Assembly: GCA_964472345.1 (NCBI GenBank)
Contig: CAYYLB010000004.1
Coordinates: 1 to 39,382 of the forward strand
Length of the DNA: 39,382 nucleotides
Direction: 5' to 3'
From: an uncultured Methanosarcinales archaeon
Lineage (GTDB): Archaea > Nanobdellota > Nanobdellia > Woesearchaeales > JAGLXL01
Below are positions 37,901 through 39,382 of this stretch, one piece after another. The position numbers were made by a program, and so were the translations under genes. Below the pieces are notes generated by a model. That model saw only the letters and a program-made list of their open reading frames with translations. It had not been told where the DNA came from and did no database searches. Numbering within the stretch: position 1 is the stretch's first letter; each line of letters begins with the position of its first letter.

Positions 37901-39382
37901 GAATCCACGCATGGTGGCACTGCCTGACGGACGCGTCTATGTCGCAACCGACGAGCAGCGGGAGCTTGGCCGCCTGGTGTTCGAAGCAATCGAGGATTTG
38001 AGGCCGGCGGCGCGCCTCGCCTATGACTCCTCCGCCTATGGGAATGAGATCAAGGAAATCATCGGATTGCGCACGATCGCGTCTGCCTCCGGCTCCTATC
38101 AGGCCGCCGAGCCTTCCGACCGTCTTGCGGGAGTTGAGCGGGAATTCAGGCAGAAGCTGGCTGCCATTGAGCCATCCCGCACTGAGGAGATTGTACGTTG
38201 GGTTGATGAAGGCCTGAGCCCGCTGGCAGTCACCATCGGCGCGGTGACGGGAGGGGTCGGCGGGACATTCTTCAGCAGGGCGACGGGGGCGGCGGGTGCG
38301 GCCCTGGGCGTCGTGGAGAACGTCGCGATTGACGCGGCGACGGGAACGGTGCTCGTCACTGCGGGCGTGAAGCCGGAGGAGCATCCGGCGCTGGCGATGG
38401 CGACTGGCGTCGGGATCGGCCTTGGGACGGGCGTTCCGCGGGTGCTCAATGGCATCGCACGGAGCCACGCTCTGCAGGCGGATGATTACGCACGGGCGCT
38501 CGCTGATGGGGTTGGCGCGGACGCGACGGTGGTGCAGCGTGCGCTGCGTGGTGTTGATGTTCAGGATCCTGCTGCGGTCGCGCGGGCGCTAGGCGCCGTC
38601 ACGGGGGCGGAGGTGCGAGCCGATGTTGTCCGCACGGTGATTGAGCGACAGCGGCTCGGCACGGCGCTTGCCGGTGTTGATTCTGCGAGCTTGTCAGCGC
38701 TCGGGCTTGGGAAGAGGGGCGCTGATCTGGTAGACGGGCAAGGAAGGGTGATCAGCAGCGTCGCGGAGCTCGAGCAGCACGTCGAGGGCGTCGGGGTGGC
38801 GGTGCGCGCAGAGGGGCAGCTTGCGCGGGCGCGCGAGGTGATGAGCGGGGATCATGTTACCACCATCAAAAACAACCAGCTCGGCGTGCTGACGCAGCGG
38901 CCGATCCCGGTTGAGGTAACGCTGCCGAGCGGGGCGCAGATCGTCATCGAGCCGGCAAGCGCAGGGCAGGACCTGCGGCTGCTGGCGATGGCGCAGAGGC
39001 TGAAGGCGGAGGTTCCTGCGGACGCAGTCTTCGCCACGAGAGGGGACTTGCTTTCCATTGAAGGCTATCACGTTCCGAGGCCTGATGAGGTGATTTTGTT
39101 CAAAGGTGAAGGTGCTGGGGGATACTTCACCTCCCATGAAATTGATTTCTTAAACACATTCTCTGCAGCACAGGGTTTGAGAGAGACACTCATTCGTGAA
39201 AATCTGCGTTGGGTTGATTCATCGACGGCTCGTGCATTGGATCTTGCTAAAGGTAGAATTGAGAATGGATTACACCTCATCGATCTCGAGAGGACGCTTG
39301 GAGTTTCGGAGCCGCTGGCGAAGATGGATGCTGGCAAAAAACAGCAGATTGTTAATCAGCTTCTGGAAAGGCGAATCGCCGT
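34947..39382 (+). CDS. Very large secreted protein (>1478 aa, 3' end outside window), possibly polymorphic-toxin-like
   Basis: TTG start at 34947 preceded by SD GGAGGTGA; MSNRWLALLIAALLIPPLIPA signal peptide. The frame reads open to the window end (...NQLLERRIA) and is absent from the ORF track because it has no stop. Confidence 0.88.
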   Translation, partial: MSNRWLALLIAALLIPPLIPAQPQAFDQNNKDTWNYGDREFYNQVDWDQIDYAKIQWDKVDFNQIPDEHIQKIPVVHFDPGKFTTDAGKAKLKSAVAAQIEPNLGQFENLLATNDKQLKQALDQHFGANIDLSMVGEIIMTYNAEIKLLQGDFPWYDPSQFPAGGFVQRIVTDEVTGETQVIIEAAGEVDRAVALSGAGTLARDTETGAMTATTGAGSPLSITGALDAAQPIRIIETAGGGSVSGFDTFVSYDDGKKTITGTFEKTGEEVLLKSYDGKQSTFSDAAAGTKVESVGYDLVVLPFGAKPSAFRGVRNQVAYDAEHVFAIGRFDVQHGGSFEEGGFRVTSKADAAVFNSETGIAAGLVRYEDAHIAYEGHAASVWSKLTSDERATRVEVHGGEELSGEGGALPVVAGVQQKVRIGDLRAEDGIIVGDGRLTFFVVNNQGKLETVLDPATAQFAADIDKDPAAVAFLDRELHLSVGKSVTEVSAGLGVVYDADADDPANNLVEVLSPIKTHFYMGNDLETVQEIVRRDTAGGAFEEAFLGVEKLYEIQRKAFLAPDGEFDASIASLDKTKAFITEAYPEGAGRDAAFATFTLGKLQRIAEDVAADNPVQLLMYESIVRNDLREVRGALDRADASSGGAVRDYLRGEDETSGNLGLLFQRIGQEAAVGADDARRLKQSLQAQLSNEYAYERLASDFGERERGFTPEAEAWRAAGQQHRIDSLRALVSLEETAITTVEGGARVARDTGTFSSPKLLLGSALAQEYARAGRVQDALAALRELESGFTAHVTRLPDDLPAGAMEVLQKQASTLEAARKEIQRVGFNRITLAVFAREKELSAVLDQLGEGAVSRALKEVETGLTPSAGASSESGAPRAPSSSATEMLAVFLSYPVRHPIEGGYLTETLDALGAFSQRKAALSALSEETRAPLKGSSAIALLAGAGVSPQTIDTWIKGENVEADIIGTVMGRAGAVPAPPGTEAGNPRMVALPDGRVYVATDEQRELGRLVFEAIEDLRPAARLAYDSSAYGNEIKEIIGLRTIASASGSYQAAEPSDRLAGVEREFRQKLAAIEPSRTEEIVRWVDEGLSPLAVTIGAVTGGVGGTFFSRATGAAGAALGVVENVAIDAATGTVLVTAGVKPEEHPALAMATGVGIGLGTGVPRVLNGIARSHALQADDYARALADGVGADATVVQRALRGVDVQDPAAVARALGAVTGAEVRADVVRTVIERQRLGTALAGVDSASLSALGLGKRGADLVDGQGRVISSVAELEQHVEGVGVAVRAEGQLARAREVMSGDHVTTIKNNQLGVLTQRPIPVEVTLPSGAQIVIEPASAGQDLRLLAMAQRLKAEVPADAVFATRGDLLSIEGYHVPRPDEVILFKGEGAGGYFTSHEIDFLNTFSAAQGLRETLIRENLRWVDSSTARALDLAKGRIENGLHLIDLERTLGVSEPLAKMDAGKKQQIVNQLLERRIA

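Noticed and set aside
1..39382. CRISPR array, rRNA, RNase P or SRP RNA
   Set aside because: No regularly spaced repeats, and no conserved signatures recognised on either strand.

Overview
GC-rich archaeal chromosome fragment. Proteasome beta next to aCPSF1, Nre, TATA/BRE promoters with leaderless starts, an intron-containing tRNA and several 'KRGQ' class III-like signal-peptide proteins point to a DPANN archaeon, most likely Woesearchaeota (inference). The core backbone includes argS, a stand-alone B3/4 protein, an arginase-family enzyme, a DHH phosphoesterase, an M50 protease, a transglutaminase-like protein, psmB and aCPSF1. Lower-GC cassettes interrupt it: two MNT-HEPN pairs, one RelE-type TA pair and three orphan genes. 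Features the ORF track misses: (i) a tRNA-Ser(GGA) with two introns, one at non-canonical T-loop position 59/60, followed by a duplicate of its last exon; (ii) accessory cassettes bracketed by direct duplications of host-gene ends (111 bp of the nre promoter/5' end, 27 bp of the argS 3' end) with no integrase nearby; (iii) three MITE/IS-like elements, one splitting a HEPN gene with an 8-bp target duplication; (iv) a >1478-aa secreted ORF running off the right end. That ORF belongs to a mirror-symmetric divergent locus in which each of two paralogous pilin-like-signal proteins heads an operon with a giant secreted protein. The right-hand giant has a polymorphic-toxin-like layout. No CRISPR, rRNA, reverse transcriptase or intact transposase was seen. 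All family assignments are from motif recognition by eye.
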